Assembly: GCF_003019035.1 (NCBI RefSeq)
Contig: NZ_CP027447.1
Direction: 5' to 3' (one strand)
Length of the DNA stretch: 64,000 bases
Source of the DNA: Escherichia coli
GTDB lineage: Bacteria > Pseudomonadota > Gammaproteobacteria > Enterobacterales > Enterobacteriaceae
This document shows, piece by piece, positions 12,288-22,909 of this stretch. Both the position numbers and the translations under genes were made by a program. The notes under the pieces are model-generated. The model searched no databases. It was not told where the DNA came from and worked only from the letters and a program-made list of their open reading frames with translations. Numbering within the stretch: position 1 is the stretch's first letter; every line of letters begins with the position of its first letter.

Positions 12288-12926
12288 ATGAAAAAGTTAA
12301 CAGTGGCGGCTTTGGCAGTAACAACTCTTCTCTCTGGCAGTGCCTTTGCGCATGAAGCAGGCGAATTTTTTATGCGTGCAGGTTCTGCAACCGTACGTCC
12401 AACAGAAGGTGCTGGTGGTACGTTAGGAAGTCTGGGTGGATTCAGCGTGACCAATAACACGCAACTGGGCCTGACGTTTACTTATATGGCGACCGATAAC
12501 ATTGGTGTGGAATTGCTGGCAGCGACGCCGTTCCGCCATAAAATCGGCACCCGGGCGACCGGCGATATTGCAACCGTTCATCATCTGCCGCCAACACTGA
12601 TGGCGCAGTGGTATTTTGGTGATGCCAGCAGCAAATTCCGTCCTTACGTTGGGGCAGGTATTAACTACACCACCTTCTTTGATAATGGATTTAACGATCA
12701 TGGCAAAGAGGCGGGGCTTTCCGATCTCAGTCTGAAAGATTCCTGGGGAGCTGCCGGGCAGGTGGGGGTTGATTATCTGATTAACCGTGACTGGTTGGTT
12801 AACATGTCAGTGTGGTACATGGATATCGATACCACCGCCAATTATAAACTGGGCGGTGCACAGCAACACGATAGCGTACGCCTCGATCCGTGGGTGTTTA
12901 TGTTCTCAGCAGGATATCGTTTTTAA
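12288..12926 (+). CDS. ompW: Outer membrane protein W (212 aa)
   Basis: ORF track 12210..12926; ATG at 12288 gives MKKLTVAALAVTTLLSGSAFA signal peptide; C-terminal aromatic YRF. Confidence 0.92.
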   Translation: MKKLTVAALAVTTLLSGSAFAHEAGEFFMRAGSATVRPTEGAGGTLGSLGGFSVTNNTQLGLTFTYMATDNIGVELLAATPFRHKIGTRATGDIATVHHLPPTLMAQWYFGDASSKFRPYVGAGINYTTFFDNGFNDHGKEAGLSDLSLKDSWGAAGQVGVDYLINRDWLVNMSVWYMDIDTTANYKLGGAQQHDSVRLDPWVFMFSAGYRF

Positions 12927-12985
12927 TTCCGCACAAAAACGACCCCGTAATATACGGGGTCAATAAGGACATGGTATAAAGGGTA

Positions 12986-13492
12986 TTATTTCTTCGCTTC
13001 TACGCCATCAGTTTCAGAGCGAATTAAAAATTTCTCAGTTGTTTGCGGAATATGCTGAATCAGCCAGTCGGCCATTTCTTTTTCCTCATTTAAAATCGCT
13101 TCGATGGTTGGAATTGAAGCTGTATCACCGGCATTTTTTGCTGCTGCTAATAGTGAGGTGTAACAGGCGATTTCAAATTGCTCGAAGACATATCCGCTAA
13201 TAGAGCCTTTGACTATTTCATCAGAAGGGAATATACCACCGATTGACTGCCCAAGCGCAGCCATTTTACTCATGGAATCTTTAATGACTGAACGTGAAAT
13301 GTCATTACGATCAAGAATAGTTTCCAGTTGAACAATCTGGTTTTTGGTTTCACTAAGATGTTGTTCAATACGAGCGCGTAGTTCAGGATAATTATCTATA
13401 CGGCTGGCCATGGATTCAAGCATAGATTCGGCTTGCTTTTCCATTGCATGGGCGTCACGTAACCAGTCATGATAATGTTCAATACGATTCAT
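12986..13492 (-). CDS. yciE: Ferritin-like (DUF892) stress protein YciE
   Basis: ORF track 168 aa; sequence recognised. Confidence 0.9.
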   Translation of the reverse strand: MNRIEHYHDWLRDAHAMEKQAESMLESMASRIDNYPELRARIEQHLSETKNQIVQLETILDRNDISRSVIKDSMSKMAALGQSIGGIFPSDEIVKGSISGYVFEQFEIACYTSLLAAAKNAGDTASIPTIEAILNEEKEMADWLIQHIPQTTEKFLIRSETDGVEAKK

Positions 13493-13537
13493 GAAAATGT
13501 CCTCTTTATAAAATGACTAAAAGTTAAAGTTCATATT

Positions 13538-13934
13538 TCAGGCTTTATTTTCGGCTTTCTTATTTACGTTATTAAGGGCCAGATCAGTCAGTTTGATGTC
13601 GGTGGCCTTTTCTTCTTCAAGAGTTTCTTTCAGAAGCTTAGCTGCTTTACGGTAACCTAATTGTTCAGCCAGCGTCGCTAATGTCCCGTAACTGGCAATC
13701 TCATAATGCTCGACTTTCTGTGCTGCGGCAATCAGTGCGACATCACGCACTTCGTTTTTCTCGGTACTTTCGATGACCTCATTAGCTTCTTCAATAAGAC
13801 CTTCCATTGCCACACAATTTTTCGTTTGATGTTGCTCTTGCGAGTTTTGCCAGTGCACGGGTTAATTGTTTTTCTGCACTGTAGGTATCTGAAAGCAGGT
13901 GAATAAATACATCTTCAATGGTCTTCATATTCAT
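13538..13934 (-). pseudogene. yciF: yciF (DUF892 paralog of yciE) disrupted: N-terminal 40 codons and C-terminal 92 codons are in different reading frames
   Basis: ORF track splits the gene into 13791..13982 (MNMKTIEDVF... ending ...[11 protein letters not shown]) and 13538..13858 (...[14 protein letters not shown]...); span about 100 nt shorter than a ~166-aa product. Confidence 0.7.
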
Positions 13935-14019
13935 ATTTTTCTCCAGTGAAATCACTGCGAGCCATACGGCCCGCAGATGCAATTATCTTTATCAGCTGAT
14001 ATTAATAATTAACGGTGAA

Positions 14020-14199
14020 TCAGGATTTTCCTGATTTATTACCACCGCTTTGTTGACCGCCTTTTTTACCTGCTTCGGATGCGCGTTGCGGATCATTTTT
14101 AAAATTACCGCCGCTATGCTGACCGCCTTTACGGCCTACGTCGGATGCCTTCTCACGGTCTTCGGCGAAATTTCCTGAACCACCACGATGTTCGGCCAT
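14020..14199 (-). CDS. yciG: KGG-repeat general stress protein YciG (59 aa)
   Basis: ORF track 14020..14256; internal ATG at 14199 preceded by GGGAGA RBS gives MAEHRGGSGNF... Confidence 0.8.
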   Translation of the reverse strand: MAEHRGGSGNFAEDREKASDVGRKGGQHSGGNFKNDPQRASEAGKKGGQQSGGNKSGKS

Positions 14200-14546
14200 G
14201 TTATTTCTCCCGTTGCGTTGCATTGTTTGATTAATATGAGTGTTGTGTGTTGACACTCATTAAAATTAGTCGCAAATGAGTATTAGTCAAATTAAGCGTA
14301 ACGAGAAAAAAGAGGGAAAATATATTTTGAGGAACATTCTGGATATATTAACAATTGCCTGAGGAATAAGTGACTTAGAGAAAATTATTGATTTTACTGG
14401 TGTTATGTTGCGGGATTAATTTGTTTGATTATATTACTGTTGGGCGGAAAAATGACGTAAGTTGACGTTCGACAGGGGTAAACGAAACGGTAGAAAGATA
14501 AATATTAAATGAATTTAGGATTTTTCCGGCTTCGTTAAAGAAAGTT

Positions 14547-14574
14547 AAAATGCCGCCAGCGGAACTGGCGGCTG
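14547..14574 (-). terminator. trp operon terminator (trp t) just downstream of trpA
   Basis: Minus strand reads cagccgccagttccgctggcggcatttt: GC-rich hairpin plus U-run, matches the classical trp t sequence. Confidence 0.85.
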
Positions 14575-14579
14575 TGGGA

Positions 14580-15386
14580 TTAACTGCGCGTCGCCGCTTT
14601 CATCGGTTGTACAAAAGCTTTCAGTGCCGCCAGCATTTTCTCTGGCTCATTAATATGTTGCTCGATGATTTTAACGATGGCCGAACCAGAAATCGCGCCC
14701 GCAGCTCCTGCATCAATCGCTGCTTTTACCTGATCCGGGGCGGAAATACCAAATCCCTGCAATGGAGGTGCAGCGTTGTACTCTTTCAGCTTCGCAACCA
14801 GATGATTGAGGGGTAACGCGGCGCGGTTTTCTGCGCCGGTCACGCCCGCACGCGACAATAAATAGGTGTAACCACGACCGTAAGAGGCTATCTGGCGCAG
14901 CAAGTCGTCATCGGCATTCGGCGGGCAGATAAAGATAGGTGCAACATTATGACGCAACGCGGCCTGGCGGAAAGGCGCGGATTCTTCTACTGGCACATCG
15001 GCAACCAGCACCGAATCGACGCCGACTTTCTCGCACTCGGCATAAAACTCATCAATGCCTTTGTTAAACACCAGGTTGGCATACATCAGCAGGCCAATGG
15101 GAATGGTCGGGTGTTTCTGGCGAATGAGTGCCAGCATCTCAAAGCACTGCGCCGGGGTCACACCTGCCGCAAAGGCACGCAGTGTGGCGTTTTGAATCGT
15201 CGGGCCATCCGCCAGTGGGTCGGAGAAGGGGATGCCTAACTCCAGCGCGTCAGCACCGGCTTCAATTAGCGTATCGATAATTCTCAACGACTGCTCAATG
15301 CCCGGATCACCGAGGGTGACGAAAGGAACGAATGCGCCTTCTTTGCGCTCCTTCAACTGGGCAAACAGAGATTCGTAGCGTTCCAT
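14580..15386 (-). CDS. trpA: Tryptophan synthase alpha subunit
   Basis: ORF track 268 aa; sequence recognised. Confidence 0.95.
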   Translation of the reverse strand: MERYESLFAQLKERKEGAFVPFVTLGDPGIEQSLRIIDTLIEAGADALELGIPFSDPLADGPTIQNATLRAFAAGVTPAQCFEMLALIRQKHPTIPIGLLMYANLVFNKGIDEFYAECEKVGVDSVLVADVPVEESAPFRQAALRHNVAPIFICPPNADDDLLRQIASYGRGYTYLLSRAGVTGAENRAALPLNHLVAKLKEYNAAPPLQGFGISAPDQVKAAIDAGAAGAISGSAIVKIIEQHINEPEKMLAALKAFVQPMKAATRS

Positions 15387-16579
15387 CAGATTTCCCCTCG
15401 TGCTTTCAAAATATCGTGAACGGTGAAGATGTCTTTATCGCCGCGACCGGAAAGGTTAACCACCAGTAGCTGCTCTTTTTCCGGATTTTCGCGCATCATT
15501 TTCAGCGCATGGGCCAGGGCGTGGGAGGATTCCAGCGCCGGGATGATCCCTTCATGCAGGCAAAGCGTTTTAAAGGCTTCCAGGGCTTCATCGTCGGTAA
15601 TAGACACGTAATCAGCGCGTCCAGTGCTGTTGAGATACGCATGTTGCGGGCCGACGGACGGGAAATCCAGCCCGGCAGAAATGGAGTAAGACTCTTCAAT
15701 TTGCCCGTCTTCGGTTTGCATCATCGGCGCTTTCATACCGAAATAGATGCCCACGCGACCATGTTTTAACGGTGCGCCGTGCTCGCCAGTTTCGATACCG
15801 TGGCCGCCAGGCTCCACACCAATCAGGCCGACGTCGGTTTCGTTGATGAAATCTGCAAACATACCGATGGCATTCGAACCACCGCCAACACAGGCGATAA
15901 CGGCATCCGGCAGGCGACCTTCTCTTTCCAGAATCTGCGCTTTCGTTTCTTCGCCAATCATCCGCTGAAACTCACGCACAATGGTCGGGTAAGGATGCGG
16001 GCCAGCTGCGGTCCCCAGCATATAGTGCGCGGTTTCATAACTGCCGGACCAGTCGCGCAGCGCCTCGTTACAGGCATCTTTCAGCGTCGCGGAACCGCTA
16101 TGCACCGGGATCACTTCTGCACCCATTAAGCGCATACGAAAAACGTTAGGCGACTGGCGCTCGACGTCTTTGGCACCCATATAAATGCGACATTTCAGGC
16201 CGAGCAGGGCGCTGGCAAGGGCCGACGCCACGCCATGCTGACCGGCTCCGGTTTCGGCGATGATTTCCGTTTTACCCATCCGCTTCGCCAGCAACGCCTG
16301 TCCCAGCACCTGGTTGGTTTTATGCGCGCCGCCGTGCAGCAAATCTTCACGCTTGAGATACAGCGTGGTGTTCGTCCCGGCTGTAATGTTCTGGCATTTG
16401 GTCAGTGCGGTTGGACGCCCGGCATAGTTTTTCAGCAGGTCGTTGAACTGGGCCTGAAATTCAGGATCTTTTTGCGCGCTGACAAAAGCTTCTTCCAGCT
16501 GGCGCAGAGCAGGCATCAGGATTTGTGGCACGTACATGCCGCCAAACTCACCAAAATAGGGGTTAAGTAATGTTGTCAT
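15386..16579 (-). CDS. trpB: Tryptophan synthase beta subunit
   Basis: ORF track 397 aa; 1-nt overlap with trpA. Confidence 0.95.
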
Positions 16580-16590
16580 TGTTCCTTTCC

Positions 16591-17952
16591 TTAATATGCG
16601 CGCAGCGTCTGGAAAACCGAGGCCAAAAGACGTGCGTCTTTGATGCCCGGTTGCGACTCTACAGCAGAATTAAAATCAAGTCCGGCGCAGCCGGTTTGTG
16701 CCGCTTCCACGCAGTTATCTGCGCCTAAGCCCCCCGCCAGCAGAACGTTGCCAAGCGATTGACCATTTAATAGTGACCAGTCGAAACGTTGTCCGCTCCC
16801 GCCCTGACCGTTGTCGAATACATATTTATCGATGTGCTGAAAATCGCGCGCGGGAAGAGTTTCACCGACACTTAAAGCCTTCCAGATGGCGACGTGTGCT
16901 GGCAGAGCCTCACGCAGAGTGTCGATATACAGCTGATCTTCATTACCATGCAGTTGCACTACCGCCAGCGATAACAGCTTAGCTTTGTCCACCACATCGG
17001 CAATATCGTGATTGCGGAACACGCCAACATACTGCAACGGTGCCGCAGCCATCACTTCCTGCGCCTGTTCAACGTTGACGCAACGTGGTGATGTCGCAAC
17101 AAAAATCAACCCACCGTAAATCGCGCCCGCGTCATAAGCTGCTTTAGCATCTTGCCCACGCGTCAGGCCACACACTTTATTCTCACCCAGCAACACCCGG
17201 CGCACGGCGGCGTTCAAATCGTCATGGGCCATCAACGCCGAACCAATCAGAAAACCGTTAGCGAAGTGGCTTAACTCGCGCACCTGGGCGTAAGTATTGA
17301 TGCCGGATTCGCTGATTACCGTCACGTTGTGCCCAAGCTTCGGCGCAAGCTCGCGGGTACGGTTGAGATCAATCGACAAATCACGCAGATCGCGGTTGTT
17401 GATGCCAACGACCTTTGCCCCCAATGCAATGGCGCGCTCCAGTTCCTCTTCATTACTGACTTCGGTCAGCACACCCATCTCCAGACTGTGGGCGACGGCT
17501 GCAAGCTGGCGATATTGTTCGTCATCCAGTACTGAAAGCATTAATAAGCAGGCATCGGCCTGGTAATAGCGCGCCAGATAGATCTGGTAAGGATCGATAA
17601 TGAAGTCTTTACATAAAATCGGCTGCGGGGCGATTTGGCTGACGATGGGGAGGAAATCAAAGCTCCCCTGAAAATATTTCTCATCAGTCAGCACTGAAAT
17701 TGCCGAAGCGTAATGTTTATAAATGGCGGCAATGCGTGCCGGATCGAAATCATCACGGATCACGCCTTTTGACGGCGACGCTTTTTTGCACTCCAGAATA
17801 AACGCCGTGCGTGCACCCTGTAGCGCATCATAAAAATGTCGCGTGCTCGGCTGAATCTCATTCTGAAAACTGGCCAGCGGTTGCTGCTGTTTGCGGGCTT
17901 CTACCCAAATCGCCTTGTCTGCGACGATTTTCGCTAAAACGGTTTGCATCAT
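16591..17952 (-). CDS. trpC: Bifunctional indole-3-glycerol-phosphate synthase / phosphoribosylanthranilate isomerase
   Basis: ORF track 453 aa; sequence recognised. Confidence 0.95.
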
Positions 17953-19548
17953 TTACCCTCGTGCCGCCAGTGCGGTGACTCTGTCGTAAGCGGAACCACT
18001 GCGCAGTACCTCAAGAACGGTTTGCGCATTGGCTTGCAGATCTTCATGGCCATGCAGGCGCATTAACATGGCGACATTCGCCGCGACGGCTGCTTCATGG
18101 GCGGCGTCGCCTTTACCTTGTAACAAGCGTGTTAAAATGTCACGGTTTTCTTCCGGTGTTCCGCCTGCCAATTGCTCCTGGTGGTAGGGTGTCAGGCCAA
18201 AATCTTCAGCGGTCAATTGATAGCTCTTAATTTCGCCGTCATGTAGTTCGGCAACGATTGTCGGCGCGTGTAATGAAACTTCATCCATCCCGCCGCTGTG
18301 CACCACTGCCGCGCGTTGATACCCCAGCACGCGCAAGGTTTCGGCAATCGGCAGCACCAGCTCCGGGCTGTAGACACCAATTAACGCCAGCGGAGGATGC
18401 GCCGGGTTAATTAATGGCCCCAGCACATTGAACAGGGTGCGGGTTTTCAGTTGCTGGCGAACCGGCATTGCATGGCGGAATCCGGTGTGATATTTCGGCG
18501 CAAAGAGGAAACAGACGCCTAACTCATCCAGCGCCTGGCGCGATTTATCGGCGTTCATATCAAGATTAATACCGAACGCCGCCAGCAGATCCGACGAGCC
18601 GGATTTACTGGAGACGCTACGGTTGCCGTGTTTCGCCACTTTCAGCCCGCAGGCCGCGGCGACAAACGCACTGGCGGTAGAAATATTGATGCTGTTGCTG
18701 CCGTCACCGCCAGTACCGACGATATCGGCAAACAGATAATCCGGGCGCGGGAATGGCGCGGCGTTTTCCAGTAGCGCGGTTGCTGCCCCGGCGATCTCGT
18801 TCGGGTGTTCACCGCGAATTTTCATGCTCACCAGCGCCGCCGCCAGTTGTTCCGGTTTCAGTTCGCCACGTACCACTGCTGAAAACAGCTGGTGGCTTTC
18901 TTGTTGGCTAAGCGTCTGTGCCTGATACAGTTTTTCCAGAATCGGTTGCAGCGTGTTGGTTGGCTCTAGTTTCTGCTGCGCCCAGGCCAGCGTTTGTTCC
19001 AGCAGGCGAGCGCCCTGGGTAGTAAGAATGGATTCCGGATGGAACTGGAATCCACAAACGCGATCCGCATCATGACGCACCGCCATCACCATGCCATTAA
19101 AATGGGCGTTGATGGTTAAACCGGCCGGAATATTACTGCCAACCAGCGAGTGATAACGCGCCACTGGCAGCGGGGTTGTTAATCCGGCAAACATCGCCTG
19201 ACCGTCATGTTCAATGCTCGACGCTTTACCGTGAAGAATTTCGCCCGCCTGACCGACATAGCCCCCGTAAGCTTCGACAATCGCCTGATGTCCGAGGCAA
19301 ATGCCAATAATTGGCAGCTTGCCACGCAAGCGGGTGAGGAGTTCCGGCATACAACCGGCTTCGCTCGGCACACCGGGGCCAGGAGAAAGCATCAGCACCG
19401 GATTGCTCATCGTCGCCAGGCGTTCAATTAAGGTCTGCGCCGGAATATGGTTGCGGTAAATCACCACGTTATGACCATTGCTGCGCAACTGATCTGCCAG
19501 GTTGTACGTAAAAGAGTCGATATTATCGAGCAGCAGAATGTCAGCCAT
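17953..19548 (-). CDS. trpD: Bifunctional anthranilate synthase component II / anthranilate phosphoribosyltransferase
   Basis: ORF track 531 aa; glutamine amidotransferase N-domain plus PRT domain. Confidence 0.95.
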   Translation of the reverse strand: MADILLLDNIDSFTYNLADQLRSNGHNVVIYRNHIPAQTLIERLATMSNPVLMLSPGPGVPSEAGCMPELLTRLRGKLPIIGICLGHQAIVEAYGGYVGQAGEILHGKASSIEHDGQAMFAGLTTPLPVARYHSLVGSNIPAGLTINAHFNGMVMAVRHDADRVCGFQFHPESILTTQGARLLEQTLAWAQQKLEPTNTLQPILEKLYQAQTLSQQESHQLFSAVVRGELKPEQLAAALVSMKIRGEHPNEIAGAATALLENAAPFPRPDYLFADIVGTGGDGSNSINISTASAFVAAACGLKVAKHGNRSVSSKSGSSDLLAAFGINLDMNADKSRQALDELGVCFLFAPKYHTGFRHAMPVRQQLKTRTLFNVLGPLINPAHPPLALIGVYSPELVLPIAETLRVLGYQRAAVVHSGGMDEVSLHAPTIVAELHDGEIKSYQLTAEDFGLTPYHQEQLAGGTPEENRDILTRLLQGKGDAAHEAAVAANVAMLMRLHGHEDLQANAQTVLEVLRSGSAYDRVTALAARG

Positions 19549-21110
19549 CAGAAAGTCTCCTGTGCATGATGCGCGGTGGCAATAGCGCGCAGTACAGCGC
19601 GGGCTTTATTACGGGTTTCGTCGGCTTCCGACTGCGGAACAGAATCAAGGACTACGCCAGCACCGGCTTGCACGGTGGCGATACCGTTTTTCACCAGCGC
19701 CGAGCGGATCACAATGCAGGTGTCGAGATCGCCATGCGCGGTGAAATAACCTACCGCGCCGCCGTAGCTGCCGCGGCGACGACCTTCAGCCTCGGCAATT
19801 AACTGCATAGCGCGTACTTTCGGCGCACCGCTTAACGTCCCCATATTCATACAGGCGCGGTAAGCGTGCAGGGCGTCGAGATCGTGGCGCAGCTCACCGA
19901 CCACGCGGGAGACCAGGTGCATCACGTAAGAGTAACGGTCAACTTTGGTAAGATCGGCGACGTAGCGGCTGCCGGGCGTGCAAATGCGTGCCAGATCATT
20001 ACGGGCGAGATCCACCAGCATCAGATGTTCAGAAAGCTCTTTATGATCGGTACGCATTTCCAGTTCGATGCGGCTGTCGAGGTCTCTGTCCAGTGAACCA
20101 TCGGCACGACGACCGCGTGGACGTGTTCCGGCAATCGGGTAAATCTCAATCTGGCGGCTGGTGGCGTCATACTTGAGCGAACTTTCCGGCGACGCGCCAA
20201 ACAGGGTGAAATCATTATCCTGCATAAAAAACATGTACGGGCTGGGATTACTCTTTTTCAGCACGTAATAGGCCGCCAGTGGTGACGGGCAGGGCAGAGA
20301 GAAACGGCGAGATGGCACCACCTGGAAAATTTCTCCGGCGCGAATCGCTTTTTGCAACAAACGCACTACGCCACCGAACTCTTCATCGCTCTGGTTACAT
20401 TCACAACGCATATGCGGCACGGAAACCACCGGCAGCGGTGGCGCGGTTTCGGTCAGTTGCTGGCGAAGTTCGTTCAGGCGAGCAGTGAGACGTTGTTTTT
20501 CTTCTTCATTTGGAGTAAACAGGCTGGCCTGAATGCGGGTGCTTTTCTTCTGATGGTCAATCACCATCAGCGTTTCAGCGAGATAAAAACAGAAATCAGG
20601 GCAGTTATTTTCCGCTGCCAGTTGCGGTAAATCTTCAAACCCCGCCACAAGGTCATAAGAGAACAGGCCGCCAAAGAACATCGCTTCCCGTTCTTCCTTC
20701 GGTACATTCAACAGATTCTGTAATAAGCGGAAAGCGTCAAAAACCGAAAGGGAGCATAAGCGGGCGTCTTCATCCAGCAATGGACTGACAGGGGGGAAGC
20801 GCAGCACGCGGCAGTTTGGTGATTGTTCATTTTCCACACCCGCAGGCAGGGCGTTATCCAGTAATGCCAACAGGGCTTCGCCATTGCCGGAAAGTGCCTG
20901 AATAGTGACAGTGTCACCTAATGCTGTAATGCGCAGCGCACTGTCCACTAGCAATAGACTTTTTAAATCATCTTTGCTGTCGATATCTGCGGATTCCAGC
21001 AGCAGCGTTGCCGGACGATCCCCACACAACTGGTGAAAAAGCGCAGTCGGGTTGTCGCGATAAGCGCCTTTGCAAGTTAGCAGTTCGAGAGTCGGTTTTT
21101 GTGTTTGCAT
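19548..21110 (-). CDS. trpE: Anthranilate synthase component I
   Basis: ORF track 520 aa; starts [13 protein letters not shown]. Confidence 0.95.
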   Translation of the reverse strand: MQTQKPTLELLTCKGAYRDNPTALFHQLCGDRPATLLLESADIDSKDDLKSLLLVDSALRITALGDTVTIQALSGNGEALLALLDNALPAGVENEQSPNCRVLRFPPVSPLLDEDARLCSLSVFDAFRLLQNLLNVPKEEREAMFFGGLFSYDLVAGFEDLPQLAAENNCPDFCFYLAETLMVIDHQKKSTRIQASLFTPNEEEKQRLTARLNELRQQLTETAPPLPVVSVPHMRCECNQSDEEFGGVVRLLQKAIRAGEIFQVVPSRRFSLPCPSPLAAYYVLKKSNPSPYMFFMQDNDFTLFGASPESSLKYDATSRQIEIYPIAGTRPRGRRADGSLDRDLDSRIELEMRTDHKELSEHLMLVDLARNDLARICTPGSRYVADLTKVDRYSYVMHLVSRVVGELRHDLDALHAYRACMNMGTLSGAPKVRAMQLIAEAEGRRRGSYGGAVGYFTAHGDLDTCIVIRSALVKNGIATVQAGAGVVLDSVPQSEADETRNKARAVLRAIATAHHAQETF

Positions 21111-21131
21111 TGTTATTCTCTAATTTTGTTC

Positions 21132-21160
21132 AAAAAAAAGCCCGCTCATTAGGCGGGCTG
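21132..21160 (-). terminator. trp attenuator (3:4 terminator hairpin plus U-run)
   Basis: Minus strand reads cagcccgcctaatgagcgggcttttttttg between trpL and trpE. Confidence 0.9.
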
Positions 21161-21201
21161 GGTATCTGATTGCTTTACGCATGGTGAATACACTGCCCGT
21201 T

Positions 21202-21246
21202 TCAGGAAGTGCGCCACCAACCTTTCAGTACGAAAATTGCTTTCAT
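21202..21246 (-). CDS. trpL: trp leader peptide [14 protein letters not shown] with tandem Trp codons
   Basis: Minus strand atgaaagcaattttcgtactgaaaggttggtggcgcacttcctga read directly; too short for ORF track. Confidence 0.95.
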
Positions 21247-21310
21247 TGTCGATACCCTTTTTACGTGAACTTGCGTACTAGTTAACTAGTTCGATGATTA
21301 ATTGTCAACA
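21247..21310 (-). promoter_or_regulatory. trp promoter with TrpR operator
   Basis: -35 TTGACA (complement of 21303-21308) and palindromic operator ACTAGTTAACTAGT at 21277-21290; matches the classical trp promoter. Confidence 0.9.
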
Positions 21311-21383
21311 GCTCATTTCAGAATATTTGCCAGAACCGTTATGATGTCGGCGCAAAAAACATTATCCAGAACGGGAGTGCGCC

Positions 21384-22265
21384 TTGAGCGACACGAATTA
21401 CGCAGTGATTTACGACCTGCACAGCCATACCACAGCTTCCGATGGCTGCCTGACGCCAGAAGCATTGGTGCGCCGTGCAGTCGAGATGCGCGTCGGCACC
21501 CTGGCGATCACCGACCATGACACCACAGCTGCAATCGCACCAGCAAGAGAGGAAATTTCACGTTCGGGACTGGCGCTGAATCTTATTCCCGGCGTGGAAA
21601 TTTCCACGGTCTGGGAAAATCATGAAATTCATATTGTCGGGCTGAATATTGATATTACTCATCCGCTAATGTGCGAGTTCCTCGCGCAGCAGACAGAACG
21701 GCGCAATCAGCGGGCGCAGCTGATTGCCGAAAGACTTGAAAAAGCGCAAATACCTCGGGCACTGGAAGGCGCGCAACGACTGGCGCAGGGCGGTGCGGTG
21801 ACGCGCGGTCATTTTGCGCGTTTCCTTGTGGAGTGCGGAAAAGCCAGTTCAATGGCGGATGTCTTTAAAAAGTATCTGGCGCGCGGGAAAACCGGATACG
21901 TTCCGCCACAGTGGTGTACAATAGAACAAGCTATTGATGTCATTCATCATTCTGGCGGTAAGGCGGTGCTAGCTCATCCTGGGCGGTACAATCTTAGTGC
22001 TAAATGGCTGAAAAGATTGGTTGCGCATTTTGCCGAACACCACGGCGACGCGATGGAAGTCGCGCAGTGCCAGCAATCGCCCAATGAACGCACCCAGCTG
22101 GCGACACTTGCGCGTCAGCATCATTTATGGGCATCACAAGGATCTGATTTTCATCAGCCATGCCCGTGGATCGAACTGGGTCGTAAACTCTGGCTGCCCG
22201 CAGGCGTTGAAGGCGTCTGGCAGCTATGGGAACAGCCGCAGAACACCACAGAGAGGGAATTATGA
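21384..22265 (+). CDS. trpH: PHP-domain phosphoesterase / 5'-3' exoribonuclease TrpH (YciV), TTG start
   Basis: ORF track 293 aa; PHP-domain His/Asp motifs (HSHTTASDG, ITDHD). Confidence 0.88.
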   Translation: MSDTNYAVIYDLHSHTTASDGCLTPEALVRRAVEMRVGTLAITDHDTTAAIAPAREEISRSGLALNLIPGVEISTVWENHEIHIVGLNIDITHPLMCEFLAQQTERRNQRAQLIAERLEKAQIPRALEGAQRLAQGGAVTRGHFARFLVECGKASSMADVFKKYLARGKTGYVPPQWCTIEQAIDVIHHSGGKAVLAHPGRYNLSAKWLKRLVAHFAEHHGDAMEVAQCQQSPNERTQLATLARQHHLWASQGSDFHQPCPWIELGRKLWLPAGVEGVWQLWEQPQNTTEREL

Positions 22266-22882
22266 GCCAGTTTTTTTATATTCATCCTGATAACCCGCAG
22301 CAACGTCTGATCAACCAGGCGGTGGAGATCGTGCGTAAAGGCGGGGTGATTGTTTATCCAACTGATTCCGGCTATGCGCTCGGCTGTAAAATTGAAGATA
22401 AAAACGCGATGGAGCGTATTTGTCGTATTCGCCAGCTGCCGGACGGTCACAACTTTACCCTGATGTGTCGCGATCTTTCTGAACTCTCGACCTATTCATT
22501 TGTCGATAACGTTGCGTTTCGTTTAATGAAAAACAACACGCCGGGCAACTATACCTTCATCCTGAAGGGGACGAAGGAGGTGCCACGCCGTCTGTTGCAG
22601 GAAAAACGCAAAACAATCGGTATGCGTGTGCCGTCTAACCCGATTGCGCAGGCGTTGCTTGAAGCACTGGGCGAACCGATGCTTTCCACTTCGCTAATGC
22701 TGCCAGGCAGCGAATTTACCGAATCCGATCCCGAAGAAATTAAAGACCGTCTGGAAAAACAGGTAGATTTGATTATTCACGGCGGCTATCTCGGGCAGAA
22801 ACCAACAACGGTTATTGATCTTACCGATGATACGCCGGTCGTGGTGCGTGAAGGCGTAGGTGATGTGAAGCCTTTCTTATAA
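22262..22882 (+). CDS. yciO: Sua5/YciO/YrdC-family protein YciO (206 aa)
   Basis: ORF track 22226..22882; ATG at 22262 overlaps trpH stop (ATGA); sequence recognised. Confidence 0.88.
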   Translation: MSQFFYIHPDNPQQRLINQAVEIVRKGGVIVYPTDSGYALGCKIEDKNAMERICRIRQLPDGHNFTLMCRDLSELSTYSFVDNVAFRLMKNNTPGNYTFILKGTKEVPRRLLQEKRKTIGMRVPSNPIAQALLEALGEPMLSTSLMLPGSEFTESDPEEIKDRLEKQVDLIIHGGYLGQKPTTVIDLTDDTPVVVREGVGDVKPFL

Positions 22883-22909
22883 CAAATTTCGTTCCACGGA
22901 TGGAAGATT

